The position numbers and the translations under genes are program-made. A stretch of DNA of 63,246 bases, the filler included, from Octopus bimaculoides (lineage: Eukaryota): NCBI RefSeq assembly GCF_001194135.2. It is 4 parts of 4 records of this genome, joined end to end, with 100 filler letters (N's around TTAATTAATTAA, not from the genome) between each part and the next. Parts side by side here need not be neighbours in the genome. Positions count along the whole stretch, not along the records: positions 44,173 to 58,243 come from NC_069004.1; positions 58,344 to 63,246 come from NC_068985.1; 2 more parts are not named here. One strand, 5' to 3'. The notes below the pieces were generated by a model that saw only the letters and a list, made by a program, of their open reading frames with translations, did not search any database and was not told the origin of the DNA. This document shows, piece after piece, positions 50,351-61,911 of this stretch. Position 1 is the first letter of the stretch, and each line of letters begins with the position of its first letter.

Positions 50351-50812
50351 TAAAAGAATAGTCCCAACTGATCGCACTTGGGAATCCAACTGTAAAATGT
50401 AGTCAGGGTTGGTTCCGATAAGACCCTATTGCGGGGGTGCCTGGGGACTCTATACCACCCCCTCGACCTTCCCGAGAACAGTGAGCGGAGAAGATGGATG
50501 GACGGATAAGATGATCGTGTAAAGTATCTTGAAGATGTTCGTAATGGTAGTATAATGCGAGAATCTTCAGAAAAACACAATGCAAACAAAATAAAATAAA
50601 AAAAAAACAAACCAAAATATACATCATGGAACTTTTATTAATAAAAACACATATCACATAGAACTTAAGAGATATAAAATCCTAGCGACTAACAAACATT
50701 TATCACACCCTAGTAACAGATTAAGACTCTCATCTTAGTAACGTTTATGCAAGTATGTGTGCATATATATATATCTAAATATATGTGTGTGTGTGTGTGT
50801 GTGTGCATTTGT

Positions 50813-50846
<34 letters not shown>

Positions 50847-50926
50847 GGGAGAAAGAGACAAAGCGAGAGAGAGCCAAAAAGAGAGATAGGGAGGGACGGA
50901 GAGGAAGTAAGGGAGAGAAGGAGCGG

Positions 50927-50929
<3 letters not shown>

Positions 50930-50979
<50 letters not shown>

Positions 50980-51300
50980 GCGTTTCCCTAAGCAAACGAG
51001 AGATAACTACTTCACGTAGCAGACGTTGTTCGATCGAAGCTGCTATTTCACTCAGTCGCTACTCAAAAGTTTCTTACTATCTGCTATCTTTCCTCCTCCT
51101 CATCATCATAATCATCTTTATCACTACCATTATCAACCACGATGACGACAGCGAACGAATGGACGGACGGACACCGCCGACAAATAACGACCACGCCAAC
51201 ACCTTCGTCGTTCGTCGTCGTCGTCGTCGTCGTCTATACGGCTATTAAACAAAAGGCGAAAAGGATACTTCCTTGTCGTACCCCCGGCTCAATCTTAAAA
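50930..51300. promoter_or_regulatory. Possible promoter/5'-UTR-like CpG-rich island next to a (GA)n tract
   Basis: Local CpG enrichment, (CGT)n, no recognisable TE; no transcript evidence. Confidence 0.25.
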
Positions 51301-51664
51301 CACTCAACGTAGCACAAATTAAATTTGATGGCTCGCCGTATCCTGAGAATAAAGTGACAATACTAATTCTATAAAAGGCTGAAGAAATCCCATTTCTGTC
51401 ATCACTGATCATAATTTTTCACGAATATCGGTGTCAAAAGTTTTTTAATGGTCAATATAAGCAATAAATAATTCTTTATCATATTCCATTTGTTCCCTTT
51501 TCCAGTTTCGAAACCCTAACCGCTTCCTCCGCTATTTCTATTTCTCAGTTCATTTTAATTCTAACAACAATGACCTTCAAGTATGATTCACAGAAATAAT
51601 TTACCAGAACAAATGTTGCGTTCCTGTCGTATTTCTATGGCTGTCTCCTTGTTATTTATTTATC

Positions 51665-52100
51665 TACTTTTTTTTACTTGTTTCAGTCATTTGACTGCGG
51701 CCATGTTGGAGCACCGCCTTTTAGTCGAGTAAATCGACCCCAGGACTTATTCTTTGTAAGCCTAGTACTTATTATATCGGTCTATTTTGCCGAACCGCTA
51801 GTTTACGGGGACGTAAACACACCAGTATCGGTTGTCAAGCGATGTTGGAGGGAAAAGCACAGACACACAAACATATACATACATACATACATACATACAT
51901 ACATANNNNNNNNNNNNNNNNNNNNNNNNNNNNNNNNNNNNNNNNNNNNNNNNNNNNNNNNNNNNNNNNNNNNNNNNNNNNNNNNNNNNNNNNNNNNNNN
52001 NNNNNNNNNNNNNNNNNNNNNNNNNNNNNNNNNNNNNNNNNNNATATATACATACGACGGGCTTCTTTCCGTTTCCCTTAACCAAATCCACCCACAAGCT
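51665..52100 (-). mobile_element. Family-B SINE (gap in the central microsatellite)
   Basis: Colinear with 35882-36290. Confidence 0.85.
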
Positions 52101-52819
52101 GTTCTGCTGATTGGATCAACTGGACAACTGGAGCCCTCGTCATCGTAACTGACGGAGTGCTAGTTTTATCTGAGCAACGATAATAGTCTCATCTCCCAAA
52201 TATCCACATATCCTGATGAAAGGGTTCTAACCCCACAATATCGTAGAAATACAAGGTAAAACTTCAACCGCTGGTGTGTCTTCACTCTCGTAGTTCGCTT
52301 TTGTATTTCATTTCACGCTGTTTCGGCATTAACAAGCTTTTATATAAGTTCGATTATTTCTTTCATTTTCATACTAAACTATGCTGTCTTCTTGAAATAA
52401 CCTACAATCGTATTCTTTCCATCATTTCTTTCATCACATCTTTCTATCTTCATAAAGCAAAACGTTTTACTATCATTGTCTGATAATATCTTTTCTTGGT
52501 GCACTTTTTCTTGTTATTAATTTTACCGCTTTTAAAAAGATCTTTAGGGGCGCGTATTATTGAATTTTTTTTTTCAATCACATCATAGATTTATTTTTAT
52601 TGATGTTTTTTTAACTTAGCTTAAACAATTTTCCTTTTTTATTCTTATTATCATAGTTTGAATTTCATGGCTCAGCTGTTGATATCGTTTAAATGATGTT
52701 ATAACAATGTGAGGTTATATCTGTTTTGTTGTTTTGTAACAGATCTTCGTCCGTCAGTTTTATCGAACGTCTCATCTGTCACCCACTTCATTGATTCTCT
52801 TTCATTCTCTTTTGCTTTC

Positions 52820-53165
52820 ATCCTTTCCCGTCATCCGACTGCGGCCATGCTGGAGCAGGCGATTTGAAGGGTTTTACTTGAAGAAACCGATTCCAGTATT
52901 TATTTTTCAAAGTACGGTACTTATTCTAGCGGTCTTTTGCCGAATTGCTAAATTACAACGACGTAAACAAACCAACACTAGTTATCAAGTGATGTTTACG
53001 GGGACGTAAACATACCAACATCGTTTGTCAAGCGATGGTGGGGTGGGGGACAAACACAGACACACAAACAAATATATATATGACAGGCTTCCCTCAGTTT
53101 CAGTTCACCGAATCCACTCACAAGGCCTTAGTCGGCCCGAGGCTATAGTAGAAGACACTTGCCAA
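52820..53165 (-). mobile_element. Family-B SINE with internal duplication
   Basis: gcggccatgctggagc...cacaaggccttagtcggcccgaggctatagtagaagacacttgcc. Confidence 0.75.
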
Positions 53166-54092
53166 AAGTGAAATCCTCGATCTTCGATCTTCTGATCACC
53201 TGTTTCGACAATCACTACTGCTATCCAGTGCTCCTTGAACTCAGGTGATTTTATATTAACCCTTTGCTTTTTCATAAGTTTGTCCTTAACGTCCACCTTT
53301 AGTTACCCCTTGTTTCATACATTCTGAGTAATAGAAATTATACGTACAAATAGATGTACGACTGCTATTTTTACGTTTAGAGCTCTATGTAGATTATCAT
53401 AATCCAGTCTGATTCTTGTATAGTCGTTAAGTAACTTCTATGCTGAGTAGTATTATTTGTTATGAGCTGCAGAGTAAAATGTAGGCTAAATAGGAATAAA
53501 CACAAGTTTGTATTAAAGTTCCTATGTGCGTTTCACCATTATAGTTGTTTGTTGCCCTGCGATAGATGTTCCAAGTGCTTATAGATGTTGAACGATAGCG
53601 GAACCCAAGGGAACACTTTATTGTATGAAGTTGCTTGATAAAATAAAGTTTTCCTTGAGGAGTCGTTACGGTTGAGCATCTGTATGCGTTCAGGGTAACA
53701 TAAAACTCTCCCTTCATAAGTCCCAAGTCACATGTGATTCACAAGACAAGCAAAAGGTTAAAGTGTCTTTCTCTTAGATTATTCGTTTTCCAGTACTAAA
53801 AATTCTAATCTTGTTTGAGCTGGATTTTGAATACAAAGGCCTTAATTTCTTGCCTAGATGTGTACCTCTAACTAAAAGTAGCTTGTTGGCATCTGCAACT
53901 AGAGAATGTCTTTTCTTTTCGTCCGAGAGATCGCACGTGGTACTAAAACTCCAAATATCTATTCAGTGAATCATGAGCTTCTAACGAATGGACTTATTTA
54001 TGATTGCATGACTGCTTCTTTGTACTCGGTTGACTAACAAATTACAAAGCAAACACCCACCAAATCATATATATATTATTCACCGTCGCAAA

Positions 54093-54530
54093 GGCGGCGA
54101 GCTGGCAGAATCGTCAGCACGCCGAGCGAAATGCTTAGCGGTATTTCGTCTGTCTTTACGTTCTGAGTTCAAATTCCGCCGAGGTCGACTTTGCCTTTCA
54201 TCTTTTCGGGGTCGATAAATTAAGTACCAGTTACGGACTGGGGTTGATGTAATCGACTTAATCCCTTTGTCTGTCCTTGTTTGTCCCCTCTATGTTTAGC
54301 CCCTTGTGGGCAATAATGAAATAAGAATCGTTAGCACGCCGGGCGAAATACTTAGCGGTATTGCGACTATCTTTACGTTCTGAGTTCAAATTCCGCCGAG
54401 GTCGACTTTGCCTTTTATCCTTTCGGAGTCGATAAATTAAGTACCAGTTGCGTACTGGGGTCGATCTAATCGACTGGCCCCCACCTCCCTAAAGATTTCA
54501 GGCTTTGTGCCTAGAGTAGAAAAGAATATT
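54093..54530 (+). mobile_element. Head-to-tail dimer of family-A SINEs with different tails
   Basis: Copy 1 (54093-54327) has tail 1 (gtttgtcccctctatgtttagcccc); copy 2 (54325-54530) has tail 2 (ttgtgcctagagtagaaaag). Confidence 0.9.
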
Positions 54531-55488
54531 CCCCATCTCATACTGAACATTTGCATAACACTTAGTTCGATTTGTACATCACCAAGGTGTTTGAACTTCA
54601 TTATATCACACTGCCATTACTTTGACAGATTATTCCCCCTTGTCAGTGAAAAGTCGATAAATACAACCGCTAGAGAAATCTCTTTCTTCACATCCACACG
54701 CTGTCGGCCCGATAACATTCATTCTCGCTCAATATTTAAAATAAAGTTTATTTCAACGACATTTTCAATTATCACTATGATATTCAAAATTTCGAGAGCA
54801 AAAATACTTATAAGCTAAGAGACAACTTCCTGTAATTTAATCTTTACTGTAAACAGATTCTAGCCGTCAATTCAAAGTTTAGCTCTGTCAGATATTTCTT
54901 TCACTTCTCTCCCCTCCTTTTTACTCTTCTTTACTGAAGAAAATAAACTCGCAACACCCCCCCCCCCAAAGACAAAAACAAAAACAACAATTTAGAGTGG
55001 ATTCCTCACCTTTCGAAAAGAGGATTTCGTTGTACGTTAAACTGCTTTACTCTGAGTCACATCTTTTTACACCTGGAGCAAAAACAAGGATTAGAAGAAA
55101 ACAAGGCATTCTTGAAAATTGTTATCCTAGAATTTTTAAACATAAAGCTTTGACAAGAGTCTATCAAGAGTCTATCAAAGCAAGAGTATGTCTACAGTCT
55201 ATCTTCGTTTACTACTTTACGATGTTAGAGGACTGATGTACTTTTTTTTGCGAATAAACTAAGGACCATTGTGAAGTACATACAGAAAGGTATGTCTCAA
55301 TCGAAGGTCAATATATGGCAGCAGGAGTAGTCTCAGAGTCACCGATCCGAAATGAGACGATAGGGCGCAGCTGTTAGTGCGTTGGCAATTTGGCACGGCT
55401 GATTGGACATTCAATTCATGTGTGAGGAGAGTATGTTCAGGCGCTGGAGGCAAACACATGCACACATGCACTCACTCACTCACTCACT

Positions 55489-55519
<31 letters not shown>

Positions 55520-56601
55520 GTGCGCGCACAGAAATATAGGTTGATAGATAGGGAGAGAGAAAGAGACTACACATTTAAGTGTAACAAGATTCTCACACAC
55601 ATAAACAGAGAGAGGGGCAGAAGGGGAGTGGGGAGAGAAAGATATTACACATACATAAAAACAGAGAGGGGAGGAGGGTGATGGAGGATGGGTGGGATTG
55701 AGGAAGGGAGATATTAAAACGTTTGATGTCAATCAAAGAAGTCAACATCGAATTAGTGATGTCAAATGAGCGGCGCCACAACGGCTGTACCAAAACGTCT
55801 CATAACCTCACCAGCCAACTGCAGACATATGTTGACCATTTTGCTGAGAGCTTGTAGTTTTTATAAGCCACTTGCTTACTCGCATTGCGGCAAAATCACA
55901 GATAGGACCTGCTAGATGACTTCAAGTACCAGGGTTAAATTAAAAAATATCTCAATCTCAGCTTAATTCTTATGACCATTAAAGACAATTATTGTGTCTA
56001 AGCGGTGGGAAAGACCTACCCTCGTTTGGTCTCATCAACGTTAAATAGAATTAATAAGACGATCTTCATCATGATTTTTTTTTGTGAGACGTTTCATAAT
56101 ATGGAAGGTTTTCAAAATCTCCGTCAACAATTTATTACTAATGCACCAAACTTGCTACCAGATCGAAGAACAGCACATTCAGAAAGCATCGACAGTGTTC
56201 CAAATCAGAATGGTAGACAGAGACTATATATTTTCTTTGAGTAATTACGGAAATATTTCTTATTGACTTTGTTGCTTAGAAAGGTTAGCCAAAAGCAAGA
56301 AATGGCATCAAGAGTTACTTGCTCTTAGCATGCAGTATCTTTTCTGACACAAGGTAAGTTGCATTCAAGCATCATACTTTTTTTTTTAATAATTTGGCTA
56401 TAAATGAAAATGTTGTATGTAATTGTTGACGTATTAAGAATTTAAAAACTTCGGGAGAACGTGAAATAATTTTTTTTTTTTTTTAGAACGGTAGCTTACT
56501 ATCAATAAATAAATACTTTCGGGACCAATCCAGTGACTTACTCAGAGACCCTCCCGGTCTAGGAGCCCAATTCTGACCAATGTACGATGTAAGAAAAAAA
56601 G

Positions 56602-56846
56602 TTACCTTCTCGAGTCATACCGACTGATAAGGGCCGGTTTCCTGGTTTCATGGAGTATATATTCCCCACCTGGACAGGGGGACGCCGGTCCGTCGCAGGA
56701 TTGGTCATTTTTGCCATCTGAGTGGAGAGAGCAGCGCGAAATCAAGTGTCTTGCTCAAGAACACAACGCGTCTCCCGGTCCAGGAATCGAAACCACAATC
56801 CTACGATCATGAGCCCAACAACCTAACCAGTAAGCCACGCGCCTTC
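56602..56846 (-). mobile_element. SINE, head C + tail Y
   Basis: rc: gaaggcgcgtggcttactggttagg...ttcttgagcaagacactt...gcgacggaccggcgtccc. Confidence 0.85.
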
Positions 56847-57062
56847 ACAATTTATGCTGGGGTTTCTTGTCAATAAATGAATAATATTAGGGCTCAATGC
56901 ACTTATTTGTCCGGGATAGCACTGGTTTAGGGGCCGGATTCTGATCTATGCAAACTGTGATCTACTGTCAATAAATAAATATTTTAGGGCCCAGTTCAGT
57001 GATTTATTCAGAGCTCTCATGAGTCTAGGGGTCCAGTTCTTATCTTTATATATGCCGTGGCT

Positions 57063-57365
57063 TATTTATTTATTTATGCGCCCTTTTAAAGCCTAGCCAG
57101 GCTCATGGGCCCGGTTTCCCGGTTTCTATGGCGTATGCGTTCCTCCCAGCTGGATGGTACGCCAGTCCATCGCAGCGTTACTCAAGAAACAAGAGGAAAA
57201 AGTGATAGATAGTTGGGACGAAATAGTACAACAGGGGTCGCCACCACCCTCTGCCGGAGCCTCGTGGAGCTTTAGGTGTTTTCGCTCAATAAACACACAC
57301 AACGCCCGGTCTGGGATTCTCCGACCGCGAGGCCGCTGCCCTAACCACTGGGCCATTGCGCCTCC
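57063..57365 (-). mobile_element. SINE, head D + tail Y
   Basis: rc: ggaggcgcaatggcccagtggttaggg...gcgatggactggcgtacc...gaaaccgggaaaccgggccc. Confidence 0.9.
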
Positions 57366-57986
57366 ATGGTACTGTTAATAAATAAATGAATACTATAGGG
57401 CCCAATGCAGTGATTTACCCAGGGGCCTATAATGCTGTAAATTCGGCCCTGGAATTTACTGCACGTGGCATTCTCTAAACTTCAGTTGAATGGCATTCAA
57501 CTAGGGGTCTCAAAATCGACCAAGATACTCTGCTTCACTCACAATCAGTAAGGATCTTTGCTGGCAAAAACATATCCGTAGCATAGCTAAGGACTACATC
57601 CCAAAGATTTAGGCATTCTCTTTATCGCCAGGAAATATTCCAGCCCTCATCAAGTACTGACATTCTACATGACCCTAGCGGGTCCCATAATGGAGTAATG
57701 CTCCCAAATCTGGGACGGTGCTACTGCTGCTGCTGTATCCACTAACAGCCTTGACTGACTATTTCGTGAAGTGCCAATTGGCTGATTGGCATGACTAACA
57801 GACACACCTCGAGCATCTCCTCCGTATACATGCTGTCTTCTCTCTACCGGTTTTTCTTTTTCAATCACTGCTATAGTGCTCTCTGCTCCTTGTGTATATG
57901 CTTGTGTGTTTGTGTGTGTTTGTGTTTGTGTGTGCGTGTCTCTGTGTGAGTGTGTGCATGTGTGTGTGTACATATATATATATATG

Positions 57987-58190
57987 TAAATTCCTGCCAA
58001 TACTTACACACACACACATACAAATCCCTAAATCCCTGCCAAGCCAATATATATATATATATATATATATATAGATCCCTACCAAGCCAATACACACACG
58101 TACATATACATACATAAATCCCTGCCTATATACACACATACACATACACATTATATCTATGTATGTATATAAATCCCTGCCTTGCCAATA
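57987..58190. repeat. Compound minisatellite: AAATCCCTGCC(AAGCCAATA) motif separated by (CA)/(TA) runs
   Basis: About 5 copies seen. Confidence 0.75.
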
Positions 58191-58243
58191 TATGTATGTA
58201 TATATATATATATATATAATATATATATATATATATAATATAT

Positions 58244-58343
58244 NNNNNNNNNNNNNNNNNNNNNNNNNNNNNNNNNNNNNNNNNNNNTTAATTAATTAAN
58301 NNNNNNNNNNNNNNNNNNNNNNNNNNNNNNNNNNNNNNNNNNN
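58244..58343. other. Artificial scaffold-join spacer
   Basis: 44 N + TTAATTAATTAA + 44 N. Confidence 0.95.
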
Positions 58344-58521
58344 TATGTATGTATATACATATATATATATATGTATGTATATACATATATATATATATGT
58401 ATGTATATACATATATATATATATGTATGTATATACATATATATATATGTATGTATGTATATATATATATATATGTATGTATGTATATATATATATATAT
58501 ATGTATGTATATACATATACA

Positions 58522-60130
58522 TCTCTCTATATGAAATTCTTTGTCTGTCTGTCTGTTCCCTATGCATTTTCAAACGGCTCGACCAAATCAGGTCAAATTT
58601 TACAAGGTAATAGTATCAGTCCCCATGAGTGTCAACATGCATTTTTTTTTTCATTTGGATTAGAACAATATAAACATTGGCACTGGTTCGGTATTATGTG
58701 TCAAAAGTAAAAAAATGTCAATCTATATTGTAATATGATATAATTTTTTTTTCGCCCTTTCAAAGCCTAGCCAGGCTCATGGGCCCGGTTTCCCGGTTTC
58801 TATGGCGTATGTGTTCCCCCCAGCTGGACGGGACGCCAGTCCATCGCAACGTTACTCAAGAAACAGGAAGAAAGAGTGAGAGAAAGTTGGGGCGAAAGAG
58901 TACAAAAGGGGTCGCCACCCCCACTGCCGGAGCCTCGTGGAGCTTAGGTGTTTTCGCTCAATAAACACTCACAACACCCGGTCTGGGAATCGAAACCACG
59001 ATCCTCCGACTGCGAGTCCGCTGCCCTAACAACTGGGCCATTGCGCCTCCACATGTGATACAATAGTTTTACTTTTATTCTTTCACTTTTAAATCTAATG
59101 TGATATTGTTTCACTTTCATTCTTTCACATTTAATTCTAATGTGATAACACTAAGATCATCTTAATTCTATTATATTTGAAATTAATGAATAATTTGCAT
59201 CCTAATGTGAACCACATTACGCATCGGCAACTTTCCGTCTTTACAGCCACCACAGCGGAATGGTATGCCAGAGAGTCTCAAAAGAGAAGAGAGAAGAGAC
59301 TTTCCCAAGATCAGCAGACGCATGCTGCAGCACGTCAAATGGAGTCTCGAGAGAGAAGGGAGAGGAGACTTTCCCAAGATCAACAAAGGCATGCTACAGC
59401 ACCTCAGATGGAGTCTCAATACAGAAGGGAGATGAGACTTTCTCAAGATCAGTAAATGCATGCTGCAGCACGTCAAATAGTCTCAAGACAGAAGCGACAT
59501 GATCTCAAGATCAGCAAATGCTCCGTTAGACGGAGTCTCAAGCGAGAAGGGAGATGAGACTTTCCCAAGATTAGCATATGCATGCTGCAGCACTTCATGT
59601 TGGATCATTAAAAGAACGTTTTAATGATTAGATAGAGGTCCAATAGGATAGGTCTCAGAAACAGACTACGTACAAATTCGTTTTCCACAATTCCTGGAGC
59701 TGCTTTCAGATATGATCCATCCTATTCTTATAAAAATGATAATCTTGTTCAAATTGGTGTGCTAAACTCAAATTGTTGTTTCTACAAAGCTTTAAAATTT
59801 CCAAATGAAACTAATGGTATGTACCGCTCAGGCAGTAAGGTAAGATTGCCAGCACTACCAGCTCCTCTCAACCTCTTATGGATCTTCTGGAAGGCACTTC
59901 CATCCAGTCAAAGGATTTTCTGAACAATATCAGACAATACAACTCTGCATTTCAAATGAGATCGTTTGGTGCGTTTAGGAAGATAGTTGAACACGGATTT
60001 ACGTTGACGTTCAAAGTTCAAGAGCAAGTCTATCACCTCATTAGTTCCCTGTTACCCACAAATAAATAACCACAGTTCCTGTAAATTTATTTTATGAGTG
60101 ATGTAGGACAACAAACCTGAAGAAGGTGTC
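58522..60130 (+). mobile_element. Decayed Helitron: putative 5' TC end and Rep N-terminal region, interrupted by a SINE
   Basis: ESQxRRExRLSQDQ repeats; AAFRYDP...VQIG...KALKFPNETNGM...KVRLP; FLNNIRQYNSAFQMRSFGA...FKVQEQVYHLISSLLP. Confidence 0.85.
58744..59050 (-). mobile_element. SINE, head D + tail Y
   Basis: Close paralog of 57063-57365. Confidence 0.9.
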
Positions 60131-60377
60131 AAAACTTCAGAGGATGGGTTGTGTTAGACGCAGCGCCGACAGCCGCAAAGGAGAGTATATCCACTGACAG
60201 CTTTTCAGTGCGTTCAGAAATCACATACACCTCACCCCCAATTTTCCATGCAAGGTTAGAGTCTGGAATACTCCAAACGGCCGCATGGCATGTCGCTTCG
60301 TTGAATTAGCCAATCATTTACTCCACAAATGTTTTGTCAATGCTGCACTTTACCGTATCATCTGTTTCAACATATTC

Positions 60378-60560
60378 TATTTGTTTCAGTCATTTGACTG
60401 CGGCCATGCTGGAGCACTGCCTTTAGTCGAACAAATCGACCCCAGGACTTATTCTTTGTAAGCCTAGTACTTATTCTATCGGTCTCTTGCCGAACCGCTA
60501 AGTTACGGGGACGTAAACACACCAGCATCGGTTCTCAAACGATGGTGGGAGGACAAACAC
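60378..60560 (-). mobile_element. Family-B SINE, 3' half
   Basis: tgtttcagtcatttgactgcggccatgctggagcactgcc... Confidence 0.85.
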
Positions 60561-61569
60561 AGACAAATACATACATATGTATGTGTGTGTGTATATATAT
60601 ATATATGTGTGTGTATGTATATATATATATATATNNNNNNNNNNNNNNNNNNNNNNNNNNNNNNNNNNNNNNNNNNNNNNNNNNNNNNNNNNNNNNNNNN
60701 NNNNNNNNNNNNNNNNNNNNNNNNNNNNNNNNNNNNNNNNNNNNNNNNNNNNNNNNNNNNNNNNNNNNNNNNNNNNNNNNNNNNNNNNNNNNNNNNNNNN
60801 NNNNNNNNNNNNNNNNNNNNNNNNNNNNNNNNNNNNNNNNNNNNNNNNNNNNNNNNNNNNNNNNNNNNNNNNNNNNNNNNNNNNNNNNNNNNNNNNNNNN
60901 NNNNNNNNNNNNNNNNNNNNNNNNNNNNNNNNNNNNNNNNNNNNNNNNNNNNNNNNNNNNNNNNNNNNNNNNNNNNNNNNNNNNNNNNNNNNNNNNNNNN
61001 NNNNNNNNNNNNNNNNNNNNNNNNNNNNNNNNNNNNNNNNNNNNNNNNNNNNNNNNNNNNNNNNNNNNNTATATATATATATATATATATATGTAAACAT
61101 ACACACACACACACATATATATAGAGGGTGGGGAATAACTTGAAAGGTTCTCGGTGCGTGACCCCTGCTTTTAATGTTCTCTTAAATTCCGCCGCCTCCC
61201 ACTGAATATTCTAAGGGAAAGATCAAAAACAATAATGTTTCGGTTAAACGTTGTCGAAGCATGTTTTGCATTTTTTAAGTATCGATCTCCGTTTCGCTAT
61301 CGAGTTAGTTTTAATCTCGTTGCTGCTTGTTGTCATCTAATTTTCTCTTAATTTCTACTGATTCCTTATCTTCTCTCTTATTAAACTTTGACCATCCCCA
61401 TCTTTGAGGTGTTTGCATTTTATGTGTTTGTGTGTATTGCATATGTTGCGCGCGCACAACACACGTAGCGCGTTTATATATTACGACTCATTTGCAACTG
61501 GTCACTCTCATTTGCACACAGTATGGTTTTGTTGTTTGTGTGTGTACCTGTACATGTGTATACATAGAC

Positions 61570-61850
61570 GTGGCTGTGTGGTAAAAGCTTGCTTTCCTAT
61601 CATGTGATCGCGGTTTCAAATCTCACTGCACGACTTCCACTATAGACTCCGGGTTGGCCAAAACCTTGTGAGTGGATTTTGTAGACGGAAACTGAAAGAA
61701 GTCCGTCATGTGTATGTATGTGTGTGTGTGTGTGCATGTATTTGTTCGCCACCGATGAAGAACCGGTGCTGGTTTGTATACATCCCCGTGACTTATCACC
61801 AAAATGATCCCGATAGAATAAGTGCTCGGCTTAATAATAAGTCTCACCCT
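61570..61850 (+). mobile_element. Diverged family-B SINE
   Basis: gtggctgtgtggtaaaagcttgc...gtagacggaaactgaaagaag. Confidence 0.7.
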
Positions 61851-61911
61851 CTTGAATAAGCTGTTTGGCAAAACTTAGAGCCCCACGAAGTCAGCTGCTT
61901 GACGGTTGTAG

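Larger units (their letters stand above)
56500..57452. repeat. About 98-bp tandem array (4 units) interrupted by two SINEs, ending in a hAT-like TIR
   Basis: t(c/t)aataaat...gggcc unit at 56502, 56870, 56968 and 57375; ends attcggccctgg. Confidence 0.7.

Noticed and set aside
53460-53726. 88-aa minus-strand ORF of ordinary composition
   Set aside because: No recognisable family or convincing splice sites; within chance expectation, although BLASTX would be decisive.
56005-56244. HNMEGFQNLRQQF resembling the ZDHHC C-terminal NPYDxGxxxNxxQVF motif
   Set aside because: The acceptor phase is incompatible with the exon ending at 14060, and it lies on a different scaffold piece.
57987-58190. CRISPR-like repeat-spacer appearance (also 25150-25860 and 31570-31815)
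   Set aside because: Eukaryotic context, degenerate repeats, microsatellite or related spacers, and no cas genes.
12656-59050. tRNA genes
   Set aside because: All tRNA-like A/B-box sequences are heads of SINEs; I could not fold a complete cloverleaf.
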